A DNA stretch of 64,000 nt from Giardia intestinalis (lineage: Eukaryota). The notes beneath the pieces are model-generated. The model did no database searches, was not told where the DNA came from, and saw only the letters and a list, made by a program, of their open reading frames with translations. The position numbers and the translations under genes are program-made. Shown piece by piece: positions 18,101-30,400 of this stretch (position 1 is its first letter; every line of letters begins with the position of its first letter). The stretch is from NCBI GenBank assembly GCA_000002435.2, contig CM018789.1, one strand, 5' to 3'.

Positions 18101-20820
18101 ACAATGAGGCCTTGTCAGTGATTCACCTGAACGCCTCCCCTTCTCTTGAAGAGACCTTTGCGCAGAAGGAAGGCAAGTCCAAGCAAACTTCTATTAAGCA
18201 AAGAAAGGAACTAAATAAGCTGCACAGGCAACAGCAGAAGAATATGAGCAAGGTCGTGAAGGATAAGACAACCGTCACTAAGGAGCTTAATCGACTGCAT
18301 TTTGAGAACAATTTAAAGGTAGCACTAAGATCTTCTCCAGCAGAATCTCCTGTCATCAAACGCGTTCAGGATCTCTTCGGCGGCAGCCTGGAGTTTATTA
18401 TTTCTAATAGCGTTATAGACAACGTTGATACTTGGGAGTTTCTTCGAACCATACTGGGTTGCCACGGATGTCAATTGGTTGGCTATAGTGAGCTAACAGG
18501 TGGCGGCCTTTACAACGAGGTGCACGATAGCTCATTGAACTGGAGCCTAGGAAGGTCGGGAGTCGGCGTCAAGTGCAAAATTGTTGATCTTTCTGAAGGA
18601 TGGTTCCCAGATATTCTCACGCGGCTAGTTCTTGATAGCGTGACACCATCTCTTCACACTGTGAGCCGCAAACTATACATACAGCGCTATAACAAACTGC
18701 AAGAGATGATTGCGAATGGTATGCCACGCTTCATAGACACACAGTTGGGTGAGTTGTGCCTTGCAGGCCGTATGCTCAGCTTGGGGTATTATGCTGGCGA
18801 CGCTCTTTATCAGTACGCTAAAAGCTTTAAGCCGTCTCCTCGGGATTGCGTCCAATCTACTACTATGGAAAGCTTTAGCACCACGACTAACGTTTCTATG
18901 TCCGAAGGAGGGGTTGCTGATTTTCCCTGCAAATCTAGCGAATTAAATATTACGACTCCCCGACGGCTTTCCTCGGGCGGTCTTTCTGAAAATAAAGTCT
19001 GCCAGAAGGAAGAGTCAGATCGCAGCAGTCAGTTTTCTACAATGGATTGCACGTCCATCAATTCTACCCCATCGTGGCTGGATGCAGAAGTTGACCATGG
19101 AATTGCCGTCAGAACAAAGGAGAAGCTTCTTAAACAGGCAGCCCGGCGCAAATCTATGATTATTGCCAGGAAGAATGCAAGTGCCTTGGGCTTAAGTACT
19201 TCTAATCTCAAGCAAACGACTGCATCAGAAAGCGATCCGTTTAGCGGGTCAGTATATACAATCGGCGGTATTGCAGGGCAAAGCGCCTCACAAACAATAT
19301 TGGGTGTTCCTCTCATAAATCTTTTATCGTCGTCATCCTCGGGACCGCCCAAGACCACATCTGCACGGCGTATGTCATCAACGAGTACAAATTCGACACT
19401 GGCAGCTGATATTGCATCTGTCAACCAGACGTTTGTTCCTACCATCATGACGCCTGCAACAACCAACCCGTTTTCTGCCCCGCTCAACTATAATCAGACG
19501 GCATACTCTAGTAACGCCTCGCTGAATATTAAGAGTTACAAAAGTACCACTAAAGGGAATGAGCACATAGATCAATCTCTAGCCCTGAAACCAGTCTTTC
19601 CGCCCGAAAGGCCTCCAGCCAACCTATCGTTGCCTATTTTGGAGTCGCAGTGCTCAAATATGCTATCGTTGGCATCCATGCATGGAGTTTCGGGGCGGTC
19701 TTCGCTACATGCCAGATCAGTGTCTCCCCAGATTCCTTTACTTGAGCCGTCTACATCGTGCTGCACAGGCGGCCAGACTACCAATGATGTCTCCATTGAC
19801 ATGCCATCGCAGCAGGGTCTTGTGGTGCTAAATCCACCGCAGCAATCCATTTACGAATGCATCATTGATCCCACAGATGAGGATGGCTACTACCACACGG
19901 GCGACATGGTCGAATTCGAGCAGCTTAGCGGGCGGATTATATACCGTGGGACTGTTCGTGACTATCTAGACAGACACGTGTATGCAATTATAGAGCGTTT
20001 TCTGATCGAAGAAGAGCTTATTTCGCCTGAGCAGCGGGACAGGGATCCAGACACTCTCTCGTCCACGCTTCTGTCTCCTGAAGAGCTGAGCTTGTGCTCC
20101 AGACCAAGCAAGGTGCCGGCAGACATGTGGACAAAAGGCAAGCTTGTCGCCATGCATATGCGCAAGCAGCTCTGTGCAAACCTCCACATGACATTTAAGC
20201 TGTCTTCTTCGCACTATCTAAATATAGGGTTAATAGAAGAGCTGATTGTATCGGAGATACCTTATGTTATTGACGTTTTACTTTACACATTCGATGGTGC
20301 CTCTAGGCCGATGGCGTTCCTTTACGTCAAGGGATTTGCACTACTAGAAGCTCTTGAGCAGGGGGGAATTCGTTTAAATGCAGTTGAGAGCGGTGAGGCA
20401 GACTTCTCTGTTGATAAATTTACTAATTCGAAGACAATAATATATGCAACTCTTGGCAAAATGCACGGAGAAAACAAGGACAAGCTGACAAGCTTTCTAA
20501 AGGGGACATCAAAAGGGCCTCAGATACCCAGGTATGTGATGCGAGTGTCGCACTGTGCATTTCTCTCTATCGTAGACAATGCCCGCATTTTAACGTACAT
20601 CCGCTCCGATATAAGGATGGTTCTTCGGGACAGGAATCTTTCCAGATACTTCGCACCCATGTACATCGTGTATGTGACCAACTCAGACATGCTATTGACA
20701 GAGCCAAAGCTACGCACCATAACCGGAAAGCGAAACAGGGAGTCGTTTCTTAAGAAGTTCAGTGGTGACATTGCGAGGTACAAGCAAGATGAGGGTGTGC
20801 CAGAGCTTATCTTCCATTGA
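15109..20820 (+). CDS. giant long-chain acyl-CoA synthetase-like (AMP-binding family) protein with large low-complexity insertions
   Basis: The N-terminal region is homologous to the gene at 35983-40560 (…AEADQMVNHLAAALKYVGL… versus …AKAERMVNHVTAAFQYLGI…). AMP-binding motif II YYHTGDMVEF and GY..E-like motif III are present. The phosphate-binding motif I is degenerate. Confidence 0.7.
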   Translation: MPGDVTKTVVLHRNQRLRQVYLDVPSVLTNSPTSRHLDEHQEINVRSTTLANFREAASKWKDMPFLSFRSGLSCTAKNQIPAYQAVTYAEADQMVNHLAAALKYVGLSYQKKVGLLGDTSPLMLMSDLAITSLGGISVSIPSFLSYDNIVYAINHSGVRVLLTQAQFLPMILGTSNHCPFLKLVLTFDQVIDDIDLLPKAVKVYAQLSENQHLLHDADEDEENSLSENVIDRSYLENIADKSNIAVEAVLESTKEYEDEQKQAREGALVEVERCLNEDDTLTEEELDSQRNSVIAAHFNNVNPLNPTALKIPESKVTDELTKQIIIRAQMTDIQSRFTTPLTALKLSQIYQKKTCGQILSKELYNLVSNLRTKECSLDAAKDCINSPLYLSHLDNLNIIQLDQLLELTKRNPYTASDDYQVDPTDVWSISYSEVGYTSKYSSIDYFFGTCNRKLWDPNQSSANAKADPRPAKKFSQFNLLLSGHPVKASVYSHSCFLAAIRSHFYHHFPYNTATFSQVHSSYYCHLPYNSLFERIMEHGAITRGYRLVFHTGQFRYLFSDMLLGRPTIFAASPRFFKKLHQYLVEFLTKVSANKKKAFEKTYNARLAKLSSIYAAMERAHSLVYMLDTIEYFEEKFMDIHTRNIEAVMQATNSELSYNLHRSAFTLAPSYKTVLDITSPSYRNKAKHKRAQSYVDAHHYEQKQAMSLQPEKKHTLDQLGVELSPQLDFKNQQFTDIIEPWIVSSNPRTRALHTFRIASEDIGGGDAGCDFSRLTRLRKIGSRDINISSLQGESMESSEQTDKEKKFNKYMQAIVNKVSAPLSTTVKEFVPPEDSIKISRSKAKLNASSIPLLPRNILMCSDESDASSHSEISESSTKPIESAALPPEAPVEKLQHNTPGLMEGSPFKMQRYGSSYEWQYYEHLKNKEPSSVTGDTESSRSEMGTSHSVGISSKHESEGIATTEVSYTITSASHSRPDAEAKHTGAQLTEVRKRTRSSHNEALSVIHLNASPSLEETFAQKEGKSKQTSIKQRKELNKLHRQQQKNMSKVVKDKTTVTKELNRLHFENNLKVALRSSPAESPVIKRVQDLFGGSLEFIISNSVIDNVDTWEFLRTILGCHGCQLVGYSELTGGGLYNEVHDSSLNWSLGRSGVGVKCKIVDLSEGWFPDILTRLVLDSVTPSLHTVSRKLYIQRYNKLQEMIANGMPRFIDTQLGELCLAGRMLSLGYYAGDALYQYAKSFKPSPRDCVQSTTMESFSTTTNVSMSEGGVADFPCKSSELNITTPRRLSSGGLSENKVCQKEESDRSSQFSTMDCTSINSTPSWLDAEVDHGIAVRTKEKLLKQAARRKSMIIARKNASALGLSTSNLKQTTASESDPFSGSVYTIGGIAGQSASQTILGVPLINLLSSSSSGPPKTTSARRMSSTSTNSTLAADIASVNQTFVPTIMTPATTNPFSAPLNYNQTAYSSNASLNIKSYKSTTKGNEHIDQSLALKPVFPPERPPANLSLPILESQCSNMLSLASMHGVSGRSSLHARSVSPQIPLLEPSTSCCTGGQTTNDVSIDMPSQQGLVVLNPPQQSIYECIIDPTDEDGYYHTGDMVEFEQLSGRIIYRGTVRDYLDRHVYAIIERFLIEEELISPEQRDRDPDTLSSTLLSPEELSLCSRPSKVPADMWTKGKLVAMHMRKQLCANLHMTFKLSSSHYLNIGLIEELIVSEIPYVIDVLLYTFDGASRPMAFLYVKGFALLEALEQGGIRLNAVESGEADFSVDKFTNSKTIIYATLGKMHGENKDKLTSFLKGTSKGPQIPRYVMRVSHCAFLSIVDNARILTYIRSDIRMVLRDRNLSRYFAPMYIVYVTNSDMLLTEPKLRTITGKRNRESFLKKFSGDIARYKQDEGVPELIFH

Positions 20821-23800
20821 TCAGGTTGGCCCTCAAGAAGTCCAGGGTCTCTTTGGCGGAGAGCCCAAACAGCTGCGCAGCGGACTCTATCTTCTCATTA
20901 TTTTTTTCAGTCCATGCCCAGTGACTGGCATCAAGCGAAAATAGCACCACACTATTTGAAGAATAATATGAAGACGACCATCTATTGGTTAAGCTGGGCT
21001 CAGAAGACATCGCCATCATTATAACCTTTTGTGGAATCACCTTCAGAAAGGTAAAATCGGAATGCTTTCTGGCAGATGTATTAAGCTTATCCATGCAGAG
21101 CTGCATTCTTCTACGAACAGACGACATGGTCGTCTCAGGCTTAACTCCAAAGTAGTGCGAGGTGTCAGCTACTGCAATCCAAAATCTTGTTATCAGAAAG
21201 TGTATAGTGGTGGCGTCACGGAACTTTTCGTTGTCCATGACGCACTCCATGAAGTTCGCCACCGGGGTACTGATGATGTCTCCAGCTTCCTTTAAAATCC
21301 CTTTAACCTTGTTGCGGAGAGAGACATAGCTTTCTTCCGACCACTCGGTAGGGAGCTCGAGGCCTGTGTATACAGAAGTACCCATGACGCTTCTCTGCAG
21401 TTCATTGCAGTCCAGAGACTGGAACTGAAGGGACTGCTGAGAGTAAGAGTCCTGACTAGACACATACGTAGACGCCTTAACACATGCAAATGCTGTTCGT
21501 GCCGCGTCCCCCGTGGAGAGCACAAGGCGGAGAATTAGCATTAGAATGAGTTGTACGCGCAAGGGATTAGCTGAAAGCTCTTCCGGATTCTTCGCTATAT
21601 ACATGCTAGCTATAGTATTTGCAAACTCTGCCATAGAGCTTATGACCTCACTAACTGCGCTAGTCACCATATCTGTGCTCATCATTACATGGGCTTGCAC
21701 AGACATGCACATGCTGATTGAATAGTAAGATGCTATAAGCTCTAGAATGTATGCAGAAAGAGCTACCAATTCGCTGTCATTCGCAAATAGTAGATCCACA
21801 AAATAGGCCTTAAGTCTGTATATCTTCTCTGTCAAGGGCTTAAATTTGGTTGGGTCCGTGTAGGGGAATGTTATCAGGTGGTTAGATATGCATATGATCT
21901 TCCCAATAGGTCTCCTATCGTTGGTGGTGAGGATGTCCTGAATGAATCCAAGAAGAGTATTAAACGCTAGCTTAATAAGGGAAGAATCGAACAGTCTCAT
22001 GCAGATGCTAGACCTTATGCATGGAGACGCAAACTGAAGCTGCATTAGCGCATTCATAATCTCATTGTATCTCCCACAAAGTGCTGTGCGTACAAAGTGT
22101 ATGGCATCGGCCCGTGAAAAGATCTCTTGGAGAAACCTTTCCAGGGCTTCCTTTCTCACTTTGTTTATTAGTGCGTCCTTTAGCGACAAACCCTCTTTTC
22201 CTTTTACTGTCGTAAACTTTAACCAGTAATCGGCGCTTAGTATCATTTCAAACAAGGTCTTCTTGAAGAATTGATGCTTTAGTATAGCCTCTAGAAGATC
22301 AGCATTATTAGAAATATGTGTAAACACTTTTGAAAAGAGAAGGTATATGTCTCTGCGCTGCCTATGGGTGAATGGTGGAGACTCGTCGGCAATTTCACCG
22401 AGAAAGTAGCAATTAACCAACTTAGTTATTATTGCGTCGCGCTTGAGGAAGGAGATAACGCGCGGCTCAACCTCAGTCAGCTGATTAAGTGCATCGAGGG
22501 AAAGGAGCAACGTGAACACCTTGTCGGTATTGATGCACTTATCTATGTCGTCGTAATTATTGGCATTAGTGATCGCATCCAGGTAAGGCGTGGATGGACA
22601 AACCTCCTCCTTAGTAACTCCAGGAACTTGTAGATCATTGCCTCCATAGTATAAGTTGATCTCTTCCATACACTTGTAACTCAATAGAGTCCGAAGCCGT
22701 TTCTTTCTAGATATCATGTTTGATATGGCAGATCTTGTCTTCGGCAATGTATGCCCATGCGAGACAATAGGTGACTCCTCGGTAGCCTTGTGAGCAAAAT
22801 CGTTAAAGAACACCAGCTCACAGTCTGCAAGCAGGTGCTTGGAGTCTCCGTCTTTGAAAGCATCATTCTTGCTCTTCTTATTTGCGCCAGAAGTCTTAGA
22901 CAGCTCACTTGCAGCTGCTTTCACTGCTGATAAACCTCGACAAATGCCCTCATAAAGGAGACGGGTAGGCATCGGGACGTCGACCACTGTGTCTAGGGTA
23001 TTCGATGCTTCCATTCCATATGGAACGGGCGTCAATGCTGAAGTAGAGTGTTGCTCTTTGAACAGAGAAAAAGTCCTGGCTGAAAGGACATCCCTAGCTG
23101 TCGTATCCTCATTGAATGTCTGGTTATCCACAGGGGATTCGCTCATTTTAGATATTGACTGGAGCGACGGGTCCGGCGAGTCCTGGGAGAATGTAAGAAG
23201 CTCATCGGACGGAGCGCTTGGCAATGGCACCTCGCATGAGCCGTAACTGTGAGTGTGCTTATCAGTGACAGAGCTGTGGCAGCTTGTGCTCGTCTTAAGA
23301 GGAAACGGATAGGTGGGTTGGCGGCCCTGTTGACGCAAAGCCGCAGCCTCTGAGAGATGCCTGCACTTGAGGCTATGAATATTTATACATGGCTTTGCCC
23401 TATAGGCTGCAAGCTTTCTGACAAAACTCTTTAGACACTTGATTTCGTTCTTTTTAACCTGAACTATGTTCTTATCTATACCGGACACATGTGTAATGAC
23501 ATCAGCAAATTTAGTGATCAGCGAGACGACTGTCTCTGATGTGGTCTCGTTCAAACGCTTTACAGAGTCGATCTTTATACTAGAGTCCTGCAATGGATAG
23601 TATTGAGGCAACTTGATGCATCCATCACTATTAAAATAAATCGACTCGGCAGTTAGTCTCGGAGAACACCACATGCAAGAGGAAAATGTGCCATCTTTGT
23701 ACTTATTAAGAACATCTACCGCAAGAATGAGCTGCGCCGAGCAATCCCAGAAAACTTCTGTTGAAAAGCGCTCCGGATATATAGTGTAATAGAGTTGCAG

Positions 23801-24313
23801 CTGGCTGAGAGAGGGGCCTGTAGGTTGCTCTATCAAAAGATGCAGCTTTTCCTCCTGGCCTTTGCTAGAAAAATATGCCATATCTCTGTGCCGAACAAGG
23901 TTTGGATGGATGACAGCACAAGATTGAAAAAGGTAAAAGAGAAGCAAATTATAATCTGGATCATTGACCTGGAGATTGATTTCCTTCCATTGAAAAATAA
24001 GCTCAGAAGCATCTAGTTTGCGACTATTGTCAACCTCGGTAAACAAGTCTTCAAGTCCCTGATAGTCCTGAGCTGTAAGTTCTGAGAAGCAGGGTAAGTG
24101 CCCTAGGCTACCAGAAGCCTTACTTATATCTGAATTCCTTGAGGTGGGTACAGATGAAAGAATGTTTTGGGGTCGTGGAGTTTTTATAGACTTTGTAAAA
24201 GAGGATGAGGTCTGAGTAGAATTAGTTGGAAGCGATAGCTGGACCACTGGAAGATTCGTCTCGCCTTTGTAAGGAGACAAGTCGGAAGCCTTGGCTACGG
24301 AGGCATGATTCAT
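20807..24313 (-). CDS. hypothetical protein (1168 aa)
   Basis: Uninterrupted 3.5 kb ORF. The ATG at 24313 has an A-rich context. It overlaps the 3' end of the previous gene by 14 nt. No domain recognised. Confidence 0.55.
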   Translation of the reverse strand: MNHASVAKASDLSPYKGETNLPVVQLSLPTNSTQTSSSFTKSIKTPRPQNILSSVPTSRNSDISKASGSLGHLPCFSELTAQDYQGLEDLFTEVDNSRKLDASELIFQWKEINLQVNDPDYNLLLFYLFQSCAVIHPNLVRHRDMAYFSSKGQEEKLHLLIEQPTGPSLSQLQLYYTIYPERFSTEVFWDCSAQLILAVDVLNKYKDGTFSSCMWCSPRLTAESIYFNSDGCIKLPQYYPLQDSSIKIDSVKRLNETTSETVVSLITKFADVITHVSGIDKNIVQVKKNEIKCLKSFVRKLAAYRAKPCINIHSLKCRHLSEAAALRQQGRQPTYPFPLKTSTSCHSSVTDKHTHSYGSCEVPLPSAPSDELLTFSQDSPDPSLQSISKMSESPVDNQTFNEDTTARDVLSARTFSLFKEQHSTSALTPVPYGMEASNTLDTVVDVPMPTRLLYEGICRGLSAVKAAASELSKTSGANKKSKNDAFKDGDSKHLLADCELVFFNDFAHKATEESPIVSHGHTLPKTRSAISNMISRKKRLRTLLSYKCMEEINLYYGGNDLQVPGVTKEEVCPSTPYLDAITNANNYDDIDKCINTDKVFTLLLSLDALNQLTEVEPRVISFLKRDAIITKLVNCYFLGEIADESPPFTHRQRRDIYLLFSKVFTHISNNADLLEAILKHQFFKKTLFEMILSADYWLKFTTVKGKEGLSLKDALINKVRKEALERFLQEIFSRADAIHFVRTALCGRYNEIMNALMQLQFASPCIRSSICMRLFDSSLIKLAFNTLLGFIQDILTTNDRRPIGKIICISNHLITFPYTDPTKFKPLTEKIYRLKAYFVDLLFANDSELVALSAYILELIASYYSISMCMSVQAHVMMSTDMVTSAVSEVISSMAEFANTIASMYIAKNPEELSANPLRVQLILMLILRLVLSTGDAARTAFACVKASTYVSSQDSYSQQSLQFQSLDCNELQRSVMGTSVYTGLELPTEWSEESYVSLRNKVKGILKEAGDIISTPVANFMECVMDNEKFRDATTIHFLITRFWIAVADTSHYFGVKPETTMSSVRRRMQLCMDKLNTSARKHSDFTFLKVIPQKVIMMAMSSEPSLTNRWSSSYYSSNSVVLFSLDASHWAWTEKNNEKIESAAQLFGLSAKETLDFLRANLINGR

Positions 24314-24467
24314 AGTTTTGAACAGGACAATTTTTGTTTTTGAGACCTACACGTCTTAGAGATAGGGTGCCTGTTCAGTGATCTCTGTCTCTACTGACTT
24401 CTGACCCAATGAAGCACTGCAGTGGCCTGCGTGGTCCTCGATTGAGCCCGTAATAAAAAACTGACAC

Positions 24468-27400
24468 ATGTTCTCCTCCGTTATTGGCGGCCTGCGCCAT
24501 CCACATGGGTCTTCTATCTTGAGCGCGGCAATTGAAAGCATTAAGGTCCTCAGAGATAAGCGAAGATGCGAGCTTTTGCATCGCGCGATCTCCCTCATAG
24601 ATGAGGGCCTTTCAGACAGTTCGACAACCACAGCGATTTGCCGTTTGTCTTACCTTCTATTCTCGCCAGAAAACCCAGAACCCAAGGAGCTTGCAGAAGC
24701 TACAGAGGCTGGTCACTTGTTCTGGAAGGTCATAAGATGTATCTCGACCTCATCTAACAGTTCAGATAAGACGTCTTCTTTAGCATCCTACATTGCATGT
24801 TCTTCTAGCCAAGTCACTGCCACAGAAAAGAAGTTTTTCTCGATCGCCTTACTTACAGACGACGCCCTCACAAATGAAATGCTCATCGCTGCGGCGGCCA
24901 ACTTGTATCCGGCGCTCTTTTGCGAATACGTACTTGTCCAGCTACCAGATGCATACAAGGACGAGTCTATAGAAATGCTAGAGCTTCTTAGGACACGAGC
25001 GGGGGTCACGCACGGCCACTTGGAGGATATCCTGTCCATTCTTCCGCAAGGCACACTAACTGAAGATGAAATACTACAATTAAAAGAGGCAGTCACTAGT
25101 TCCTTAGCGTCAGCGTCTAATGTGACGTTCAGTGCTTATCCTACCCCTTTACTTCCAGTTATTTCTAGGCTACTTTCCAAGGCCCGTCCATACTCAAGGG
25201 AGCACCCTGCTATGTATTCTTCCAAAGGGAATCCTCTTTTGCGTATCCTATACCGCTCACTTCTTCAACTGGATTCACAAAAACAGACATCGACGATTCC
25301 AGGCCCCTGGCTTATGATTCAGCTTGTTTTAGCGGCCGCCTATGCGGTAAAGCTCCAGAACAAGGTCTGGGCTGACACACTTCTCCAGCGCCTCCTTTGT
25401 ATTGTTCCAGCTCTCGAAGGTAAGTATTCTCGCATTCTAGGGCTTTGTGCACTCATTCACCTTGCAACCTCCTATGACACTGACAATAGTTTACATGCTG
25501 TGCTCACTCCCCTTACTCTCGATGAGATCAAGTTGTTTCTTACCAAGGTGGAAGAGTGGATGAAGATGGACAAGTCTTCCATCGTTCTTCGAACGTTAGC
25601 GTTTCAAGGGGCAATATCAATTATAAACTCCGTGAAATCTCAGGATCAGATCTTACTCGCGCAGCTAGCCCCATCACTCCTTTCCGTAGCAGCTGGAATA
25701 CATCACAATATAGGAACCTTCATAAACATACTAAACGCATTTGCGGCCGAACTACTGGAGTTTCAAGGGTCCGCTATTCTGTCAACTCTTTTTGATCTCC
25801 AGACAGCTGGCCTTAGCGGCGTCTCAGGGCTCCTACGTGTTGCAGACGATGTTAGGTCCTTGGTGCCCCAGGCATCTATCCCTCTAACAACAGACTTGCA
25901 CGCACAACTGCAACCAGATCTCAGTTGGCGTCAGGCTACACTGGAGTTAATTAGAAAAGAAAAGTATGGCTCTAAATATGGACCACGCTTGCTTTCATCC
26001 CCACTGTTTCAGGACCTACTTCAGCTTCATGCGTTCATAGCCATAAACGTCATCTCTTTCTACCGGTTCACAAGTGCTTTGGAGACCTTTCTTTTGACTT
26101 GTTGCGTTGCTACTCCAAACAATGACTCTGCTTCTATACTCCTACGTGCTTTAGAGTCAGACCAGGTTAGTGAAGATTATAACGGTCCTACATCTTCCGA
26201 AGCGTCCTTTTCTTCCAATTTCTCGACAATCCTTGATGCGTACCTAAGCGCCGGCGAACACCTTTTCGAAGTTATTTCCACCATCTACGATCTGTCGTCT
26301 GGCCTCAGCTCTAACATCAAAGCTCCTGCTCCCCCAAGGCTTCTGCCCTCTACTCTAAGGAGGCTGAGTGAGCTCTCCATTCTTCCTGACACGTTTGGGT
26401 ATGCAGAGTTTTTCATTGTCGCAGCAACAGCACGCGTTCTAGTATCCTTATACCTGCAAGACACAAAGATGGTGAGCAACAGAATAAGGTTCTTCCCCAA
26501 GAAGGCAAAGATTAGTTCCATTGTCTTACTCATGGGACTCTACCTTCTATCAGATATTCCAGAGTTTTACCGATTTTCGCCTGATTGTGCTTCGTTTCTC
26601 AATATGATCCTTCCTTTGTGTATTAATCTTCCGCTGGGAAAGCGTAAATATCGGGAAAGCGTACTTGGTAAGCATGGTGGAAGCCCATGCCACAGCTCCA
26701 CTAATGTCCTTGAAGATGCAGAATGCTTTTCGCAGCAATCCTTACTGTCTTATTCAGACCTCAGCTACTCGGTTAGGAGTGATGGGGACCCCCTTAGGTT
26801 CCATCGCATAAGCCTTGTTCTAGCGCATATTTTATACACGGCATTAAGCAAGCAGCTATGTGATCTGGCATTGGTTGATGACTACCTCCTTATTATGGTG
26901 TATATCTCTACTGGAGTATTTTCGTCAACCGACTCGTCCATTGAGTCCATGGACACAGGCTCTTCCGATTTAGATGAATCCCAGTGTCTATTGCTAAGCT
27001 TAACATCTTCCTGGCTCAGCCCAGCACCTATTTGTAAGGCTCTCCTCGTCTTCTTGTTTTCTAATAATATGCCACTGAGCCTATGCTCAGATTATCCTGG
27101 AATGTTCAACTTTTTAACGTGGAACGCAAAGCTGATAGCAATCAGACTTCTGGATAGCACTCTAGATCTGCTTCCAGACTCTGCACGTCGAGAGGTTATC
27201 CTGTCCTCCAGGCTCTACTTCCATAAACTCTTTGTGATCCTGACTGAGCTACTACTGATTCCTCTTCAGCCTTATATCTCCACATTGCTTTCATTCCTGC
27301 ATAAGATCTCCAACTGTCTTCTAAGCCAAGATGATGTGTCTCTTGCCAGTTCCCTCGGAGTCGCAGTGACATTTCCAGATGAGCCTCTAGAGCTTGTCGA

Positions 27401-30400
27401 GTGCACTAAGAAGTGTATGACTGTATCAGATAGAATGTCTGAGCCACCATCGTACGTACACTGTCGTTATAAGTCTGCGTCCGGGGTGGAGCTGTTTTCC
27501 TATTGTGCCGTGTTAGACGATAGGAGCGCAATCACATCTCTCTATGCATATCTTAGAGCACTTATTGCTGCGCACATAAGGCGGTTGCAGGAGAAGATAG
27601 GCTCGGGGAAAATGGCACTTGTACCTCTGGAAAAGCATGCAATCCAGCAGTTCTTCACAGAAAAACGGGCAAGCTCATTGTCTTTTTCTCAGATGTTTCC
27701 TGGGATGCGCTTTCTTGGCCACTCGTCCCATCTGGTTGTTGGAGAGAACTTATATGCATACTTCTGTGGCGAGAATTCACAGCTATACCAAGAAGCGTAT
27801 ACATACTGGTATGACTGTTTCATGCTAGACCTCCTCTTCAACATTCCTGACACGTTCTCTTTAAAGTTGTTCAATGAATATGAAAAGATTAAGCAGACAA
27901 TAGGCCAGCAAATAAAGGACCGCAAAAAGACAGCTACACCGTTTAGTGATTGCTATAAGGTATTGACGCACTTTATATACATGCACAGTCTTCTCTCTGC
28001 CAGACGTCTTTTGCAGGCGTCCTCTGTATTCTCGCTAGAGCGCGCTTCGTCTCTTCAGAGCATATTATCAGCTCCTACAAGCCTGTCAACTACAGAACCT
28101 AGTTCGCGCGTCAATTCCATGGCTCAATTTCCTTCGTCTCCGTGTGCTGGTATTATTACACAAGGAACAAGAGACTCCCTGCTAACCGACCAAGACAGAC
28201 GCTATCAGGTAGAGCTTAACATTGTTCTCACGACCTTCTGGGACATTTATGACTGGGCAAGGGACAAAGGGGCCTTCTCCGTGCGCACTATCATGCACTT
28301 TGGTCAGTGCATCTCTGCTGTTTCTAGCTCTCTTGTACTGGCGATGATCACTCTATGTGAGCAACGAAGCCAGAGCACTGCGGCCTCTGTTCTTCTCAAG
28401 TGTTATGCAGACTTTTGCAATGCAGAACAATACTATCGTCCGGTCACAAAACTAGACGAGGCAGTTGCTGCAGCTGAGCGCATTGGCATGGTTGTTCCCA
28501 GAATGACTTCCAGCACATACCAGCTGGAGCAATGCTGTAAGGAGCTCATATACTTTGCAACAAACAAGAGCTATCTCTTATTTATGGACACAACTGCCTA
28601 TGTCCTGGACGCGCTGCTACGTCTCCCGACTAGACCTGCTGAATTCACTACTGCTCAAGTTCTTATGCACTTGCTGGGATACATCGTCCTGTACTCAGGT
28701 ATTCCTCGCTTGTGCAGAGCAATAATTGAGTCTCCAATCTTTCATCGCTCGACAGGCAACATTTCTAAACTAGCTGACTCTCCATCGTATTCTGCTTTGT
28801 ACAAAGCCAACGTGGACACTATCGCAGAATTCTTGACCAACAAGAACGCTAACGTACACTCTAGCCTATTTGTTTCCTACCCCGTATGCTCACGATATCG
28901 ACGCTTAGCTGCTTACTCCACGACCCTAGTTGATGAAATCCTTGAACATTGCTGGAGCAGCCCTCACTCTTGGTCCATCAACACAGACGACTCTTCTGAC
29001 AGCGAGACCTCCCCTGCTGACGTGGATGTGGATAAAGTAACCGTCAGTACCAGACTAGCTCGGCACTGCGCTGAGATCCCTGAAACACCATATGTATCTG
29101 AGAGCATATTAGATGACGATAAGAGGTACAACGAACACTTGCACAGACCATGTGAAGATCTGAATGGGTCCATGGAGAACTTGCTTAGTCCTGAGCTGAA
29201 CACTAATGTCTATTCAGACCAGAATGAGGCGCACGGAAGCTCGTCGATCTTTGATGCTGAGTACGATGCGGCGCATACTCTTTCAAGAAGAAATAGTGTG
29301 TTCCGCAGTGCTAGAAGCTTAAGAAATCGCAGCCTTAGTACCACGCATGAGCTTTTGCCAGGAGATCTCTCGGTCTACCGGGCCTTGACTGCGTCCATTG
29401 CAGAAAGCAAAAGTGCCGGGCCTTCAGAGTTAGGTAGTACAGCTGCCTCCTTCACTAACTTCTTGAAGGATGAGAGTCGACGCTCTCCCCCTGCAACTTC
29501 ACGTTCAGATGCCCGCACCACCGTGCAGCTTGCAGAGCTGAAACGACTGGGGTACTTCCACATGTCTGCCATCTCAAGTATGGTTAGCATAATGCAGCTC
29601 ATAGACTTGCCGTCCGAAGCCCGCGCCCTCATTTTGGGGAAGGCGTGTCTTTGCATTACTTTCTATGAGTCTTCTCTAGATCACAAGGAGTTCTTCCGCA
29701 CCCACCTGGCAAACAGAATTATTCGCCTACTTCTCTTGGCTGTCGAGCAGAGGCCCCAGGCATCCACCATAACAAGCATTGTGCTTATGTTCTTCGTTTG
29801 CGCTAATTCGAAGCTAGACATATCTACGCTGGGAAAGAACTATTACACCAATGTGGATAAAGGTCCCATTCTTCCCTTTTTGCAGCCGCTTGCCTCTGCC
29901 ATACTCTCCTACTTCCTTTCCCTTGCACCACATATTCTGCTGCAAAGTATTTATGGGCGCTACGCTCTGCAAAGGGTGGGCGTTCTGAATAGTTATGTCG
30001 ACCTCATTGGGTTTCAGCAGCTCTATCCTCAGTGTATTGGCCATGCGACCAATCTCGACAAAGTTTTTGAATTTGCTGTGCTCTGGTGCGACGCGTCAGT
30101 CTGGTTTCACATACTTAAAGTTTTGTTAGTTGAAGGTTTCATAAATACCTCCGTTGACAATCACACCCTAATATACAGGCGCACGTTATTAAGAACGGAC
30201 GGAGATTTGGTTATCCGCATGAGGAACTTGACATTCATACGAACCATTGACAGCTTGGCAAATGGGACAATTTACCGGGCTACTGCCCAGTTTTTATTAA
30301 CATTGGGAGAGCACACGTGCATCCAGACCGTGCTTTACTTAATATCGAAGTGTGTAATGCCCCTACACGGATACCGAGTGGGCAGACTTCTTTACAGCTT

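Noticed and set aside
19029-19487. 152-aa antisense ORF inside the acyl-CoA-synthetase-like gene, and similar antisense ORFs at 17361-17675-, 24788-25096- and 62380-62694-
   Set aside because: They are antisense to long credible genes and have no initiator context. Their lengths are within the range expected by chance opposite codon-biased coding sequence.
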